From NCBI GenBank assembly GCA_010405405.1, contig MU004240.1, positions 1,622,814 through 1,686,813 on the forward strand: a stretch of 64,000 bases of DNA, in the 5' to 3' direction. The notes beneath the pieces are model-generated. The model did not search any database, had not been told where the DNA came from, and saw only the letters and a program-made list of their open reading frames with translations. A program made the translations under genes and the position numbers. Numbering within the stretch: position 1 is the first letter of the stretch; every line of letters starts with the position of its first letter. The stretch is from Microthyrium microscopicum (Eukaryota). Positions 63,092-64,000 of this stretch are shown one piece after another.

Positions 63092-64000
63092 TCAAACTTC
63101 TTCTGGCTCATTCTCGTCCTCATCCATGGCATCGACGCCTTTCGCGCGCGCATTCTCCCATTGGTCCAAGTCAGATAGCATATCTTCATCAAAGTTGTCG
63201 AGATCGTCCTCATCGTCATCTTCCTCGCCCTTGGTTGACTTCTTCTCCTTTCTCTTCTTCTCAATATTTTCTCGCTGCTGCTTCTTCCGTGACTCCTTCT
63301 GTTTCTTTCGATTGCTCCATATCTCGTCAAGCTCCATTTGCTCCTCCTCACTCTTTTCAATCCACTCATGCCACATGACTTTGCCGTCACATAGTCCATC
63401 TTGGATCTTGACAAGTCGTAACCTTAGTCGGGGTCCAATCTCCTTCAACTTGACAGCTCGCTTTTCGACATCAGGTCCTGTCGATGCTCCAGCGGCTTCA
63501 GCTGCTCTTCTCTTCTTTTCGAGCTTATCTCTGTAATGTAGCTTTCGCGTCTGGGCGGCCAGCACTTCCACTTCGGCGTCGGTATCTGCCTCGCTATCAC
63601 TAGCGCTAGTGTAATTGCCTGCTTCAGCATCGAGGATATAGTCGGCCACATCCTCTAGTTGACCGAGATTCGGTATGCCTTTGCCCTTTCGATGACTCTT
63701 GTGGACCTTTTCAGCAGCGTTTAGTCGTTTGATGGGCTTGGGAACGCCAGTTGATTTGGTGGTGATTGCGTAGTGTCGTAGGGTGATTGTATAGGCGCCA
63801 TTGGCTTCATCGGTAGGAGGTTCGCGGTTAAGGAGGAGCACACGCTTTACGGAGGAGAGCGGCATGGTTTGTGGAGAAACTGGTGGAAAGAGGGATTGGA
63901 AGATGGTAGTCACCAGAGACTCTAGATGCTTAGGTACGGCGGGAGTTTTCGATTCGGTAGTGTCGGTATCTTTGGCTGCGGCGGTCATGAAATTGTTCAT
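63092..64000 (-). CDS. SSF1: Brix-domain ribosome biogenesis protein Ssf1/Peter Pan; 5' part outside the window
   Basis: TTIFQSLFPP, VKRVLLLNR, LRHYAIT, IPNLGQLEDVADY and KRAVKLKEIGPRLRLRLVKIQDGLCDGKVMWH; Lys-rich and acidic tail. Confidence 0.92.
   Translation of the reverse strand: MNNFMTAAAKDTDTTESKTPAVPKHLESLVTTIFQSLFPPVSPQTMPLSSVKRVLLLNREPPTDEANGAYTITLRHYAITTKSTGVPKPIKRLNAAEKVHKSHRKGKGIPNLGQLEDVADYILDAEAGNYTSASDSEADTDAEVEVLAAQTRKLHYRDKLEKKRRAAEAAGASTGPDVEKRAVKLKEIGPRLRLRLVKIQDGLCDGKVMWHEWIEKSEEEQMELDEIWSNRKKQKESRKKQQRENIEKKRKEKKSTKGEEDDDEDDLDNFDEDMLSDLDQWENARAKGVDAMDEDENEPEEV

Overview
Filamentous ascomycete (Pezizomycotina) genomic DNA, judged by spliceosomal introns and RIP-mutated repeats. 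Positions 1-7510 hold a heavily RIP-degraded Gypsy-like LTR retroelement on the minus strand that continues off the left edge. Positions 32016-35713 hold a RIP-degraded 3.7 kb Tc1/IS630-type (DD34E) DNA transposon with intact TIRs, a TA target duplication and a second, convergent ORF. Conserved housekeeping genes are SCS7, RPT5, UBC6, a Pex23/30-family peroxin, PAM16, a BNI4-like gene, an ABCB/MDR transporter, ETR1, a Mae1/SLAC1 transporter and a partial SSF1/Brix gene. An accessory-looking block at about 10.5-21.3 kb contains a SesB-like hydrolase + amyloid-like motif + ankyrin gene with no NACHT domain, a GNAT, a Cys-rich unknown, a PL1 pectate lyase, a GYPG-repeat protein and an intronless bacterial-type DUF218 gene. 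A 23-aa intron-containing metallothionein missing from the ORF track lies at 36465-36590. The best leads are the NOD-less SesB-amyloid-ANK gene with a possible splice switch, the two-gene Tc1 element, the DUF218 HGT candidate and the GYPG protein. All assignments come from motifs read by eye; no searches were run.
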